64,000 nucleotides of DNA from an uncultured delta proteobacterium (GTDB lineage Bacteria; Desulfobacterota; Binatia; UBA9968), in assembly GCA_963771465.1 (NCBI GenBank), contig CAVYTU010000007.1, forward strand, positions 64,001-128,000, read 5' to 3'. Below the pieces are notes generated by a model. The model saw nothing but the letters and a program-made list of their open reading frames with translations. It was not told the origin of the DNA and did not search any database. Below, piece after piece: positions 51,150 to 60,692 of the stretch (the stretch's first letter is position 1; the number at the start of each line of letters is the position of its first letter). A program made the position numbers and the translations under genes.

Positions 51150-51572
51150 CTATCGCGGCACGACTTTGAGCGCATCGAGCAAGATTGCCGGTATGCGCGC
51201 GACTTTACTGGAGCGGCCGATGCAGGCGTGTTTGGTCGTGCCGGTGGCTAACAGGCCGTTATTGGATTGACGCGAGATTCGATAACGGAATGACAGCGAC
51301 GCTCGGCCAAGCTCGGTGAGTTCAGTTGTGATTTCGATGTCCTCATCGTAGCGCGCTGAGTCGGCGTAACGGCAATTGACCTCAATGACCGGGAAATGAA
51401 ATCCCTGTTCCTCAATGCGCGAATAGGGCAGGCCGATCTGGCGGAGGAATTCTGATCGGCCCTGCTCAAACCAGCGCAGGTAATTAGCGTAATACACTAC
51501 GCCCATCTGATCGGTGTCGCCGTAGATGACGCGATAGGTGGTGGTGTTGATGGTTGTTGCGGCTTTGTTCAC
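51150..51572 (-). CDS. YbgC/FadM-type hot-dog acyl-CoA thioesterase
   Basis: YRVIYGDTDQMGVVYYANYLRWFE.GR. Confidence 0.9.
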   Translation of the reverse strand: MNKAATTINTTTYRVIYGDTDQMGVVYYANYLRWFEQGRSEFLRQIGLPYSRIEEQGFHFPVIEVNCRYADSARYDEDIEITTELTELGRASLSFRYRISRQSNNGLLATGTTKHACIGRSSKVARIPAILLDALKVVPR

Positions 51573-51750
51573 GACTATTACGTCTAGTGGTTTTTCGCCT
51601 GGGACTCAACGTTGCGCTGTGATTAAGGCGTTTGTCTTGACAAGTTAAACTCAAGTGTGATTTAAACTTAAAAAAAATTCCGTCGTCACGGCGACAGATC
51701 AGCAGCCATCGCTCTGATCAGCAACGATAAACTCTTAAGGAGGAAGGTGA

Positions 51751-52215
51751 ATGAGCAACATAGCAAAGCATATTTCTTGGCCGGTTAGCGCGTCGTTAGT
51801 AGCCGTATTAGCGATCGCGTGCAGTTCGGTTGACGAAAAACCTGCGCCCCCGCCGGCTGCCCCCGCGGTGGCGCCAAAACCAGCTCCGGCTCCCGCTCCG
51901 GCGAAAGCGGAATCGGCAAAGGCTGAAGCAGCCAAGACGGCTAAGACTAAAGCGGTTGATGTTGAAGGCGTGATCAGCGCGGTCGGGCAGCGCACGATTA
52001 CCTTTCAAATGGAACGCAAAGGTAAAGTGCGCGAAGAAGTGGTCGGCGTCGATGACAAGACCAAAATCGAAAAAGCCGGCAACAATGTCAAGCTGGGCGA
52101 TCTGCAAGCAACCGACAAGGGCATGATCAATTACGAGCCGGACGCCTATTCGCCGGCGATTGCGATCAAGATCACCGGCAAAGGCGAGATTCAAAAAATC
52201 GGCGGCGACGATTAA
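51751..52215 (+). CDS. Lipoprotein with Pro/Ala linker and small beta domain
   Basis: RBS AGGAGG, lipobox LAIAC and PAPPPAAPAVAPKPAPAP linker. Confidence 0.75.
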   Translation: MSNIAKHISWPVSASLVAVLAIACSSVDEKPAPPPAAPAVAPKPAPAPAPAKAESAKAEAAKTAKTKAVDVEGVISAVGQRTITFQMERKGKVREEVVGVDDKTKIEKAGNNVKLGDLQATDKGMINYEPDAYSPAIAIKITGKGEIQKIGGDD

Positions 52216-53114
52216 TTGCGGTAGCGGTCGGCGCGATCGCCGCCGACAATCTCCAAGTCGAACGACTGCTCATCGCGCAAGATTCTAAACGAGATCCGTT
52301 CCCCCGGCCGTTTCTTCCACATTTCTTGGTAGAGCGCCTGGCGCGAACGGATCTCTTGTTTTTCCACCGACAAAATAATATCGCCCTGCCGCAAACCGAA
52401 CTTTGCCGCCGGCCCGTTGGGGACGACGCCGCCGATGACGACATGGCCAGCCATCGCTTGTGGATAAAGTCCCAGCCATGGCCGGCGCGGCCGGCTTTGT
52501 ACTTGGCCGAACTGTTTCAACTCGCGCTCGTAGTTTAAGTAGTAGTCGACCGGGATAGCGAGGGAAAACTTTCCCACTTCATTCAGATTCAACGACACCA
52601 CGCCGATCAACTCGCCGCGAAAGTTAGCCAGGGTGCCGCCGCCGAAACCGGGATTGAACGCGGTCGTGCGAATGGTTTTTTCGATCATGTACTCCCATTC
52701 GCCGTCGTAGGATTCCAGCGACGAGACATAGCCGCCGCTCACACGCCGGCTGTTTTGGCCGGCGCTGGCGATCATTACCGCCGCTTCGCCAAGCGCGACG
52801 CCGTCGGCGGCGGCAAGTTTTAAGAAGGGCAGGTCGCGCGCGGCGATTTTTATCAGCGATAAACCGGTTTCTTGATCCTGGGCGGCAATTCTTGCCGGAT
52901 GCTGCTCGCCGTCGGATAGCGTTACCGTGATCGAAGAAGCGCCGATGGTGACATAATGTACGGTTAGAATGTAGCCGTCGGGATCGATGATCGTCCCCGA
53001 ACCGACCCGTTCCGAGCCCAGATTGCGCGCCGAGGGATGGCTATCCGGGATCTTGACGTTGAGATCCACGGTGGCGGGTAAAATCGAATGAATCAAACCG
53101 AGGTGACCGTTCAA
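52212..53114 (-). CDS. S1C/HtrA-like trypsin + PDZ protein, apparently lacking the catalytic Ser
   Basis: GSGTIIDPDGYILTVHY, DQETGLSLIK, FNPGFGGG, RPWLG and PAAKFGL..GD. The TTG start overlaps the upstream TGA, with RBS AAGGAG. Confidence 0.8.
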   Translation of the reverse strand: MNGHLGLIHSILPATVDLNVKIPDSHPSARNLGSERVGSGTIIDPDGYILTVHYVTIGASSITVTLSDGEQHPARIAAQDQETGLSLIKIAARDLPFLKLAAADGVALGEAAVMIASAGQNSRRVSGGYVSSLESYDGEWEYMIEKTIRTTAFNPGFGGGTLANFRGELIGVVSLNLNEVGKFSLAIPVDYYLNYERELKQFGQVQSRPRRPWLGLYPQAMAGHVVIGGVVPNGPAAKFGLRQGDIILSVEKQEIRSRQALYQEMWKKRPGERISFRILRDEQSFDLEIVGGDRADRYRN

Positions 53115-54115
53115 AGTGCTGCTCCTTGGGAACAAGCATCGCCTGTTCGAGCTAGATTGGTGACGGCGTCGCCGGCAAAGTGCTTTCCCTGCCACGTGTC
53201 GCGCCGAGCTAGCGCTTTGACGATGGCGTTGTGGACGCCGCGCTTGTCGACCGACCATTCGGGCGCCACCGTGATCTCCCGATAGGTTTCCGCCGAGAGC
53301 CGGTGGATGACGATCTTGGGATCTAAGAGTTCGACAAAGTCGAGGACGAGGTCGATGTATTGCTCTCGACTCAACAGCGGCACTTGGCCGAGATGATAAT
53401 ATTTTTCCAACTGGGTGTTTTTGATCACATGGAGATTGTGCAGTTTGACGCCGTCCATGCCGAGCCGGTTAAACAGCGCCGGGGTAGCGAGCATCTCCGC
53501 GCGGCTTTCGCCGGGAAAGCCGAGGATCAAGTGCGTGCACAGGCGCAGCCCGCGCGCTTTGACGCGGCGGACGGCGTCGATATATTCACTGAGCCCATGG
53601 CCACGATTGACCCAAGCGAGGGTGCGGTCATACATCGACTCAAGTCCTACTTCAAGCCAGAGATAGGTTTGTCTCGATAATTGGCTCAAGAGCTCCAAGA
53701 CATCCTCGCCGAGACAATCGGGCCGTGTGGCAATCGAGACGCCAATGACGCCGGGAAACTCAAGGGCCTCGCGGTACAGTCGCTCCAACTTGGTGATGTC
53801 ATCGTAAGTGTTCGAATAGCTCTGAAAATAGGCGATGAACTTCTCCGCTTTGTGGCGTTTTTGCAGTGCCAGCGCGCCTTGCTCAAGCTGCGCGGTAACG
53901 GACATGCGCGGCTGATAGCTTTTCGCCGTGTGGCTGGCATTGTTGCAGTAAATACAGCCGCCGACCGCGACCTTGCCGTCGCGGTTCGGACAAGTGAAGT
54001 CCAAGCGCAGGCCGATCTTATACACCCGCGCGTCGAAGCGCTCGCGTAGAATGCCGTTGAACGAATTGAAGCGTCGGCCGCGCCAACGCTGTGGCAAATA
54101 ATTTGGTAAATCCAT
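53111..54115 (-). CDS. TIGR01212 (YhcC/YtqA-like) radical SAM protein
   Basis: FTCPNRDG....GCIYC, YFQSYSNTY, IATRPDC, VNRGH and GVKLHNLH. Confidence 0.9.
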   Translation of the reverse strand: MDLPNYLPQRWRGRRFNSFNGILRERFDARVYKIGLRLDFTCPNRDGKVAVGGCIYCNNASHTAKSYQPRMSVTAQLEQGALALQKRHKAEKFIAYFQSYSNTYDDITKLERLYREALEFPGVIGVSIATRPDCLGEDVLELLSQLSRQTYLWLEVGLESMYDRTLAWVNRGHGLSEYIDAVRRVKARGLRLCTHLILGFPGESRAEMLATPALFNRLGMDGVKLHNLHVIKNTQLEKYYHLGQVPLLSREQYIDLVLDFVELLDPKIVIHRLSAETYREITVAPEWSVDKRGVHNAIVKALARRDTWQGKHFAGDAVTNLARTGDACSQGAAL

Positions 54116-54271
54116 GGCAGATAAAATGACGGTTAACAAAAAGCTGGTGAATGTACAAGGCGTTCTGAGTGTCTCAGCGGTAATTCTTTAGCCCATCAAA
54201 ACGCCTGCTGCGGGCAACGAAAGTTGCGGATAAAGCATCATTTTTTCGCGCTTTGGAGGATGGCTATCAAC

Positions 54272-54299
54272 TTGACAATAGGAGGGAATTGTCTATATT
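54272..54299 (+). promoter_or_regulatory. Candidate sigma70 promoter of the yceD-rpmF-plsX-fab operon
   Basis: TTGACA-N16-TATATT. Confidence 0.55.
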
Positions 54300-54331
54300 C
54301 GATGAACACTGAACGGCCCGCATTAGCGCCG

Positions 54332-54868
54332 ATGAAAATCTCCATCGACGAGATTCCTCAAACACCGAAAGAGATCGATTTCTCCGAGAACGTTGAGGAA
54401 CTCAACAAGATATACAGCCGAGACAATAGCCCGGATTTCGGCTTTCCGCCATCGTTGGATGTGCATTTGGTCTATTATCGATCGGGCCCGGAGCTTTTTT
54501 TTAGCGGCAATTTTAGCGGTGCGTTCACGGGTCATTGCGGCCGCTGTCTGGAAGAGTTCCACTTTTCGCTCGATCAGAGATTCGATTTCGTGCTAACTCC
54601 CGATCCGAAACGATCGAGCCATGGGGCGGCGGAGTTACATCGCGACGAGCTCGGTTTAAGCTATTATTCTTCGGAAGAAGTTGATATGGCACCCTTGATC
54701 GCAGAGCAAGTGATATTGGCATTGCCAACCAGACCGCTGTGCTCGGAAAATTGCCGTGGCCTCTGCGGCCATTGTGGAGCGAACTTAAACAGTGAGAGTT
54801 GCAATTGCGCTGACGTTGACGGCGATCCGCGCATGGCGCTATTCCGCAGGCTCAAAGTCGGACAATAG
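54332..54868 (+). CDS. yceD: YceD/DUF177 family protein
   Basis: CGRCL and LPTRPLC.ENCRGLC..CG.NLN...C.C...DPR, positioned before rpmF. Start is 54302 or 54332. Confidence 0.92.
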   Translation: MKISIDEIPQTPKEIDFSENVEELNKIYSRDNSPDFGFPPSLDVHLVYYRSGPELFFSGNFSGAFTGHCGRCLEEFHFSLDQRFDFVLTPDPKRSSHGAAELHRDELGLSYYSSEEVDMAPLIAEQVILALPTRPLCSENCRGLCGHCGANLNSESCNCADVDGDPRMALFRRLKVGQ

Positions 54869-54926
54869 CGTGAAACGAATTTTGATCGGCTGATATATTA
54901 ATTGAAAGAAAGATAGGGTCATACTT

Positions 54927-55109
54927 ATGCCGGTACCCAAACGAAGAACTTCGAAGCGAGTGAAGAACCAGCGCCGTTCGCACGATCATCTAACCAAGCC
55001 GCAGTGGAGCACCTGCCCCAATTGTAGCGAAACCGTTTTGCCCCATCGGGCGTGCGCCAAGTGCGGCTTTTACCGCGGCCGCGCGGTCATCCCAACCGAA
55101 GAAAGTTAA
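54927..55109 (+). CDS. rpmF: 50S ribosomal protein L32 (zinc-ribbon form)
   Basis: MPVPKRRTSK and CPNC...PHRAC..CGFY.GR. Confidence 0.97.
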   Translation: MPVPKRRTSKRVKNQRRSHDHLTKPQWSTCPNCSETVLPHRACAKCGFYRGRAVIPTEES

Positions 55110-55123
55110 GTCTTCTACTTCCC

Positions 55124-56245
55124 ATGCCGAAAATCGCCATCGATGCGATGGGCGGAGACCACGCCCCAGGAGTCGTGATCGAGGGTGTATTGCTTGCGGC
55201 TCAAGGGCTTGGCGTCGAGCTCGTGCTGATCGGTCAGAATGAAGCCATCGAGCAGGAGCTCGCCAGGCACCCTCACGCGCCGAAATTTGACATTGTCGCC
55301 GCATCGCAAGTCGTGCCCATGCACGAGGCGCCGAGCGTCGCGTTACGCAAAAAGGACTCGTCGATGAAAGTCGGCTTCGAGATGATGAAGCGCGGCGAAG
55401 TCGACGCGGTGGTGAGCGCGGGCAACTCCGGCGCGATGATGGCGATCGGCATGTTCGTCATGGGCCGGCTTTCGCAAGTCGCCCGGCCCGCGATCCTCGT
55501 CGTCGTGCCGAATCTCGACAAGGGGACCGTTATCGTCGACGCCGGCGCCAACGTCGATTGCAAGCCGCTGCACCTGGTCCAATTCGGTCTCATGGGTTCG
55601 ATCTATGCCGAGCGAGTCTTGGGTGTTACCAACCCACGGGTCGGTGTGTTGAGCAACGGCGAGGAAGAAGGTAAAGGCACGGACTTGACCCGCGCTGCGA
55701 GCGAGCAGTTGGCCGCGGTGCCGGTCAATTACATCGGTTACGTCGAAGGGCGCGATATTTTCAACGGCAAGGTCGATGTGGTGGTTTGCGACGGTTTTAC
55801 CGGCAACGTTGCGCTCAAAACCATGGAAGGCGTGGCCAGTTTCGCCGGCGAAGTTTTGAAAGATGCTTTCAAGCAGAGCGTATCGAGTAAGTTGGGATAT
55901 TTGATGAGCCGTAACTCGCTCAAGCAAGCGTACCGCCGGCTGGATTACGCCGAGTACGGCGGCGCGCCGCTGATCGGTTTGGACGGCGTTGCGATCATCG
56001 CGCACGGCGGGTCAAATCCGCTGGCGATCAAAAACGCCATTCGTCAAGCGCGCGACGCGGTCGATCAGCAGATGAATCGCCATATCGCCGAGGCTTTGGC
56101 TGAACTGGATCGCATCGCAGGAGATCGTAAAGCGGGATTGCCGCAAAAACTCTGGCATCGGCTCAAGTCAAAGATCGAAACCATCGGCGAAAAGAGCGAT
56201 ACGCCGAGCGGCACGGAGGTACGGAGGCGGAATGGCGAGTCCTAA
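55124..56245 (+). CDS. plsX: Phosphate acyltransferase
   Basis: IAIDAMGGDHAP, SAGNSGA, DAGANVD, NGEEEGKG and CDGFTGNVALK. Confidence 0.96.
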   Translation: MPKIAIDAMGGDHAPGVVIEGVLLAAQGLGVELVLIGQNEAIEQELARHPHAPKFDIVAASQVVPMHEAPSVALRKKDSSMKVGFEMMKRGEVDAVVSAGNSGAMMAIGMFVMGRLSQVARPAILVVVPNLDKGTVIVDAGANVDCKPLHLVQFGLMGSIYAERVLGVTNPRVGVLSNGEEEGKGTDLTRAASEQLAAVPVNYIGYVEGRDIFNGKVDVVVCDGFTGNVALKTMEGVASFAGEVLKDAFKQSVSSKLGYLMSRNSLKQAYRRLDYAEYGGAPLIGLDGVAIIAHGGSNPLAIKNAIRQARDAVDQQMNRHIAEALAELDRIAGDRKAGLPQKLWHRLKSKIETIGEKSDTPSGTEVRRRNGES

Positions 56246-57170
56246 TATCGCATACGTCTTTCCCGGTCAGGGATCGCAATCCGTCGGCATGGGCAAGGAG
56301 TTTTGCACCCAGTTTTCAGTTGCCAAACAGGTATTCGCCGAAGCTGACGATGCCCTCGGTTTTTCACTGAGCCGGCTCTGTTTCGAAGGCCCTGAAGCGG
56401 ATCTCAAGCTTACGGAAAATACCCAGCCGGCGATTCTCACCGTGTCGATCGCGGCGTTGCGTGTGCTCCAAGCGGAAACTGCTTTGCGGCCAGCCTATGT
56501 CGCGGGTCACAGTCTCGGTGAATACAGCGCGTTGGTCGCCGTCGGCGCGTTGCGTTTCGGCGATGCAGTGCGAATAGTCGGCCAGCGCGGCCGCTTGATG
56601 CAGCAAGCGGTGCCTGCCGGAGTCGGCGCCATGGCGGTAATTCTCGGCTTGGAAATGGACGCGGTGCGCGCGCTCTGCGTCGACGCTAGTCAAGGCGAAG
56701 TGGTCGCGCCGGCGAATTACAACGGCGGCGGTCAAATCGTCATCGCCGGCACGAAAACTGCGGTCGCTCGGGCTATGGCACTGGCCCAGGAGCGCGGCGC
56801 CAAACGGGCGTTAGATCTGCCCGTAAGCGCGCCATTTCATTGCCAATTGATGCAGCCGGCAGCGGACGGCTTGAAGCAGGTCTTGAGTGAATTTATCATC
56901 CAACCTTTTTCCGTCGGCGTTGTCACCAACGTCGAAGCGGATGTCAATCAAGATGCCAACCGAGTGAAAGAGCTGTTGTCCGAGCAAGCGGTCAAGCCGG
57001 TGCGCTGGGAAGAATCGGTGCGAAAATTGTATCTTCTGGGTTGCGCGCGGGCCTTGGAGATTGGTCCAGGCAAAGTGTTAAAAGGTCTGATCAAGCGTAT
57101 CGCGCCGGACATGGCAGTCGACAATTTTGAAACGCCGCAAGACCTGCCGCGAATCGCCGCGGCCGCATGA
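56232..57170 (+). CDS. fabD: Malonyl-CoA:ACP transacylase
   Basis: FPGQGSQ, TQPA, GHSLGEY, VSAPFH and EIGPG. Confidence 0.97.
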   Translation: MASPNIAYVFPGQGSQSVGMGKEFCTQFSVAKQVFAEADDALGFSLSRLCFEGPEADLKLTENTQPAILTVSIAALRVLQAETALRPAYVAGHSLGEYSALVAVGALRFGDAVRIVGQRGRLMQQAVPAGVGAMAVILGLEMDAVRALCVDASQGEVVAPANYNGGGQIVIAGTKTAVARAMALAQERGAKRALDLPVSAPFHCQLMQPAADGLKQVLSEFIIQPFSVGVVTNVEADVNQDANRVKELLSEQAVKPVRWEESVRKLYLLGCARALEIGPGKVLKGLIKRIAPDMAVDNFETPQDLPRIAAAA

Positions 57171-57919
57171 GCTCGATGAATCTTCAGGGCCAAGTGGCGT
57201 TGGTCACCGGCGCCAGCCGTGGCATCGGCAGAGCGATCGCGTTGAGCCTCAGCCGAGCCGGTGCCCATGTGATTGTCAATTATCGCGGCAATCAGGCGGC
57301 GGCTGAAGAATCCCTGAGCGCGATAATTGCCCAAGGGGGAAAGGGCGAGCTGTGCCCTTTCGACGTCGCCGATGAGACGCAGATCGAAGCGGCGGTCAAA
57401 AATATCGTTGACCGACATCAGAAAATTGATATTCTCGTCAACAATGCCGGCGTAACCGCCGATGGTCTCTTGATGCGCATGAAACCGGCGGATTGGGAGC
57501 AAGTCATCGGCGTCAATTTGAAGGGCACGATTCTCTGTACCAAAGCGGTCTCGCGCATGATGATTCGCCAGCACGGCGGCCGGATTGTCAACCTGTCGTC
57601 AGTGGTGGGCCAGAGCGGCAATGTGGGGCAGTCGCTTTACGCGGCATCGAAAGCGGGAATCATTGGTTTCACCAAGTCGGTGGCGCGCGAAGTCGCTTCG
57701 CGCGGCGTGACCGTCAACGCGGTGGCGCCCGGATTCATCGACACCGACATGACCCACCGCTTGCCGGAAAAGTTGCGCGAGGAGTTCCGCCACGCCATTC
57801 CTCTCGGCCGTTTCGGCACTTGTGATGAAGTGGCTGACATGGTTTTGTTTCTAGTGGGGCCGGGGGCGGGCTATGTGACCGGACAGGTTTTCGGTATTAA
57901 TGGCGGGCTATACATGTGA
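57167..57919 (+). CDS. fabG: 3-oxoacyl-ACP reductase
   Basis: TGASRGIG, NNAG, YAASK and VAPGFI.TDMT. Confidence 0.96.
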   Translation: MSSMNLQGQVALVTGASRGIGRAIALSLSRAGAHVIVNYRGNQAAAEESLSAIIAQGGKGELCPFDVADETQIEAAVKNIVDRHQKIDILVNNAGVTADGLLMRMKPADWEQVIGVNLKGTILCTKAVSRMMIRQHGGRIVNLSSVVGQSGNVGQSLYAASKAGIIGFTKSVAREVASRGVTVNAVAPGFIDTDMTHRLPEKLREEFRHAIPLGRFGTCDEVADMVLFLVGPGAGYVTGQVFGINGGLYM

Positions 57920-57946
57920 TCAATTTGTAGCAGGAGGTATGGGAAG

Positions 57947-58183
57947 ATGGCGGCATCGGTACAAGCACGAGTAAAAGAAATCGTTTGTGAGCAGTTGGGC
58001 GTAAGCGCGGAAGAAGTGACGCCGGAGGCGTCGTTCATCGAGGATTTGGGTGCGGACTCCCTCGACATCGTCGAGTTAGTCATGGCCCTCGAAGAAGAAT
58101 ACGAGATGGAAATCTCCGACGAGGACGCTGAGAAGATTAAAACCGTCCAGGATGTCATCACATATATCGAGGGACATCGCTAA
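57947..58183 (+). CDS. acpP: Acyl carrier protein
   Basis: [19 protein letters not shown]. Confidence 0.98.
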   Translation: MAASVQARVKEIVCEQLGVSAEEVTPEASFIEDLGADSLDIVELVMALEEEYEMEISDEDAEKIKTVQDVITYIEGHR

Positions 58184-58334
58184 TCCGATTGGGGCGATTT
58201 GACGCCGGCCGGTGTTTTCGGGGCCGAGCCGGATTCGATTCCGATACTGCGGGACGACGCTTCGGGCGATCTCTCCTGCAATTTCTCTTGTTTCAACACA
58301 TTTAGTCATCTGAATACGAGTGTCGTGGAAGGAT

Positions 58335-58808
58335 ATGATCGCCATCGGTTGCGACCACGGTGGAGTGGAGCTTAAAGAATTTTTGCTTGGCTGTTTGCGC
58401 GGCCAAGGCGTCGAGGTGCGCGACTGCGGCACTGAAGGTGCCGCGTCTGTGGATTATCCCGACTATGGCCGTGAAGTATCTGAACGCGTTTCCGCCGGCG
58501 CAGTCGAGCGCGGTGTTTTGATCTGCACCAGCGGCATCGGCATGTCGATCGTCGCCAATAAATTCCCCGGCGTGCGCGCGGCGCTGGTTTTCGATATTGA
58601 TGCGGCGCGCTCCAGCCGGGAGCACAACGACGCTAATATTCTCGTCTTGAGCGGCGCCAAGACCGAGCCGCAACTGGCCCGGCAAATTGTCGAAGCATGG
58701 CTCGCGACACCTTTTGCCGGCGGCCGCCATCAGCGCCGGGTGGACAAAATTTCACGACTGGAACAGGAGCTCGGCTCGCAATTGAACGTTCAGGGTAAAG
58801 CGGGTTAA
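58335..58808 (+). CDS. rpiB: Ribose-5-phosphate isomerase B
   Basis: GCDHGG, VDYPD, ICTSGIGMSI.ANK, REHNDAN and GGRHQRR. Confidence 0.95.
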   Translation: MIAIGCDHGGVELKEFLLGCLRGQGVEVRDCGTEGAASVDYPDYGREVSERVSAGAVERGVLICTSGIGMSIVANKFPGVRAALVFDIDAARSSREHNDANILVLSGAKTEPQLARQIVEAWLATPFAGGRHQRRVDKISRLEQELGSQLNVQGKAG

Positions 58809-58811
58809 TGA

Positions 58812-60071
58812 ATGAGTATGTCATTTCTCGAACAGACCGATAAAGACGTGTTTGCCGCGATACAAAAGGAAACACGGCGATTGGAAGGCAATCTCGAACT
58901 AATCGCCTCGGAAAACGTCGTCAGTGAAGCAGTGCTCGAAGCGCAGGGCTCCGTGATGACGAACAAATACGCCGAAGGCTATCCGGGCAAGCGTTACTAC
59001 GGCGGTTGCGAGTTCGTCGATGAAGTCGAGTCGTTGGCGATCGCGCGGGCAAAAGAGCTGTTCGGCGCTGACCACGCCAACGTGCAGGCGCACTCGGGAT
59101 CGCAGGCGAACATGACCGTCTATCTCGCGGTGCTTAAGCCGGGCGATAGCTATCTCGGCATGAACCTCGCCCATGGCGGCCATTTGTCGATGGGTAGCCC
59201 GGTGAATTTTTCCGGAATCATCTATAAAGTTATTCCCTACGGCGTTGCGGAAAAAACCGAGACCATCGATTACGACGAAGTCGAACGGTTGGCCAAAGAG
59301 CACCGGCCTAAATTGGTCATCGCCGGCGCCAGCGCTTATCCACGCATCATCGATTATCCGCGCTTTCGCAAGATTGCCGACGAGATCGGCGCGTTCTTGA
59401 TGGTCGATATGGCGCATATCGCCGGCCTAGTGGCAGCGGGGCTGCATCCCAGCCCGGTGCCTTACGCCGACTTCGTCACGACGACCACGCATAAGACTTT
59501 GCGCGGGCCGCGCGGCGGCATGGTACTCTGCAAAGCCGAGCATGCGAAATCCATCGACAGCAAGGTTTTTCCCGGCCTGCAGGGCGGGCCGCTGATGCAC
59601 GTGATCGCCGCTAAAGCGGTGGCGCTTAAAGAAGCGCTTAGCCCGGAGTTCAAAATCTACCAGCAGCAGATCGTCAAGAATGCTCAGGCGCTGGCTCACG
59701 GGCTGATAAAAAACGGTTTCCGCTTAACTTCCGATGGCACGGACAACCATCTGATGTTGGTCGATCTGCGCAAGTCCGAGCTAACCGGAAAAGTCGCCCA
59801 AGAGACTTTGGACAAGGCGCGTATCACGGTCAACAAGAACGGCATTCCTTTCGACACCCGCTCGCCGTTCGTCACCAGCGGTATTCGCATCGGTACGCCG
59901 GCGGTGACCACCCGCGCTATGAAGGAAAGGGAGATGGCGATGATCGCCGACTTGATCGCGCGCGCGCTCGGTTCGGTGAGCGATGAAGCCAAGCTGCGCG
60001 CGGTGGCCGATGACGTGGGCGAGCTGTGCAAAAAATTTCCGGTATATCCGCACCGTTTGGGCAAAGCTTAG
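58812..60071 (+). CDS. glyA: Serine hydroxymethyltransferase
   Basis: [41 protein letters not shown] and FPGLQGGP. Confidence 0.98.
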   Translation: MSMSFLEQTDKDVFAAIQKETRRLEGNLELIASENVVSEAVLEAQGSVMTNKYAEGYPGKRYYGGCEFVDEVESLAIARAKELFGADHANVQAHSGSQANMTVYLAVLKPGDSYLGMNLAHGGHLSMGSPVNFSGIIYKVIPYGVAEKTETIDYDEVERLAKEHRPKLVIAGASAYPRIIDYPRFRKIADEIGAFLMVDMAHIAGLVAAGLHPSPVPYADFVTTTTHKTLRGPRGGMVLCKAEHAKSIDSKVFPGLQGGPLMHVIAAKAVALKEALSPEFKIYQQQIVKNAQALAHGLIKNGFRLTSDGTDNHLMLVDLRKSELTGKVAQETLDKARITVNKNGIPFDTRSPFVTSGIRIGTPAVTTRAMKEREMAMIADLIARALGSVSDEAKLRAVADDVGELCKKFPVYPHRLGKA

Positions 60072-60084
60072 CCAGAGATTCACG

Positions 60085-60160
60085 TCGAGGATTGAGGATC
60101 GAGGATAGAGGATGGCGCATTGAGATTTTCGATCTTCCATCCTCGATCCTCCATCATCGA
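60085..60160. repeat. Inverted repeat built from 7-mer units (GAGGATN / NATCCTC)
   Basis: TCGAGGATTGAGGATCGAGGATAGAGGATGG ... CGATCTTCCATCCTCGATCCTCCATCATCGA. A lone right arm occurs at 33926-33955. Confidence 0.7.
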
Positions 60161-60168
60161 TTTTTAAG

Positions 60169-60687
60169 ATGAAATGTCCCTTTTGCCATGAAATAGAAAA
60201 CCGCGTCATCGATTCGCGCTTGAGCAAGGACAACAACATGATCCGGCGCCGGCGCGAGTGCGAACGCTGCACGCGCCGCTTCACGACTTACGAACGGGTC
60301 GAGGAGATGATGCCGCTGATCGTCAAAAAAGACGGCCGGCGCGAGGGCTATGACCGGGTCAAAATCATCAATGGACTCAAACGCGCCTGCGAGAAGCGGC
60401 CGGTGAGTATTAACACCATCGAAACCATCGCCGACAGCATCGAGCGGACTTTGCAAGAACGCGGCGAAAAGGAAATCGTCAGCTCGGTCATCGGCGAAGC
60501 TTTGATGCGCGAACTGCACGATACCGATCCGGTCGCCTATGTGCGCTTCGCCTCGGTGTACCGTTCGTTCAAGGACATCAGCGAGTTCATGGTCGAGCTC
60601 GAAGAGTTGATCAAAGAGCGCAAGGTGCCTCTGGTTAAAGTGGCCAAGGCTATCAAGCCGCTTGACCCGCGCCAGAGAAGGGATTAG
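60169..60687 (+). CDS. nrdR: Transcriptional repressor NrdR
   Basis: MKCPFC, VIDSR, RRRREC..C..RFTTYE, ATP cone and AYVRFASVY. Confidence 0.98.
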   Translation: MKCPFCHEIENRVIDSRLSKDNNMIRRRRECERCTRRFTTYERVEEMMPLIVKKDGRREGYDRVKIINGLKRACEKRPVSINTIETIADSIERTLQERGEKEIVSSVIGEALMRELHDTDPVAYVRFASVYRSFKDISEFMVELEELIKERKVPLVKVAKAIKPLDPRQRRD

Positions 60688-60692
60688 CCGCG

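Noticed and set aside
53115-53258. 48-aa N-terminal extension of the HtrA-like ORF
   Set aside because: It lies inside the radical SAM gene; the TTG at 53114 has an RBS and a stop/start overlap.
58184-58334. Possible fabF remnant between acpP and rpiB
   Set aside because: I could not see ketosynthase motifs in this interval.
60085-60160. Short tandem repeats considered as a CRISPR array
   Set aside because: Units are 7 bp with no unique spacers, they form an inverted repeat, and no cas genes are present.
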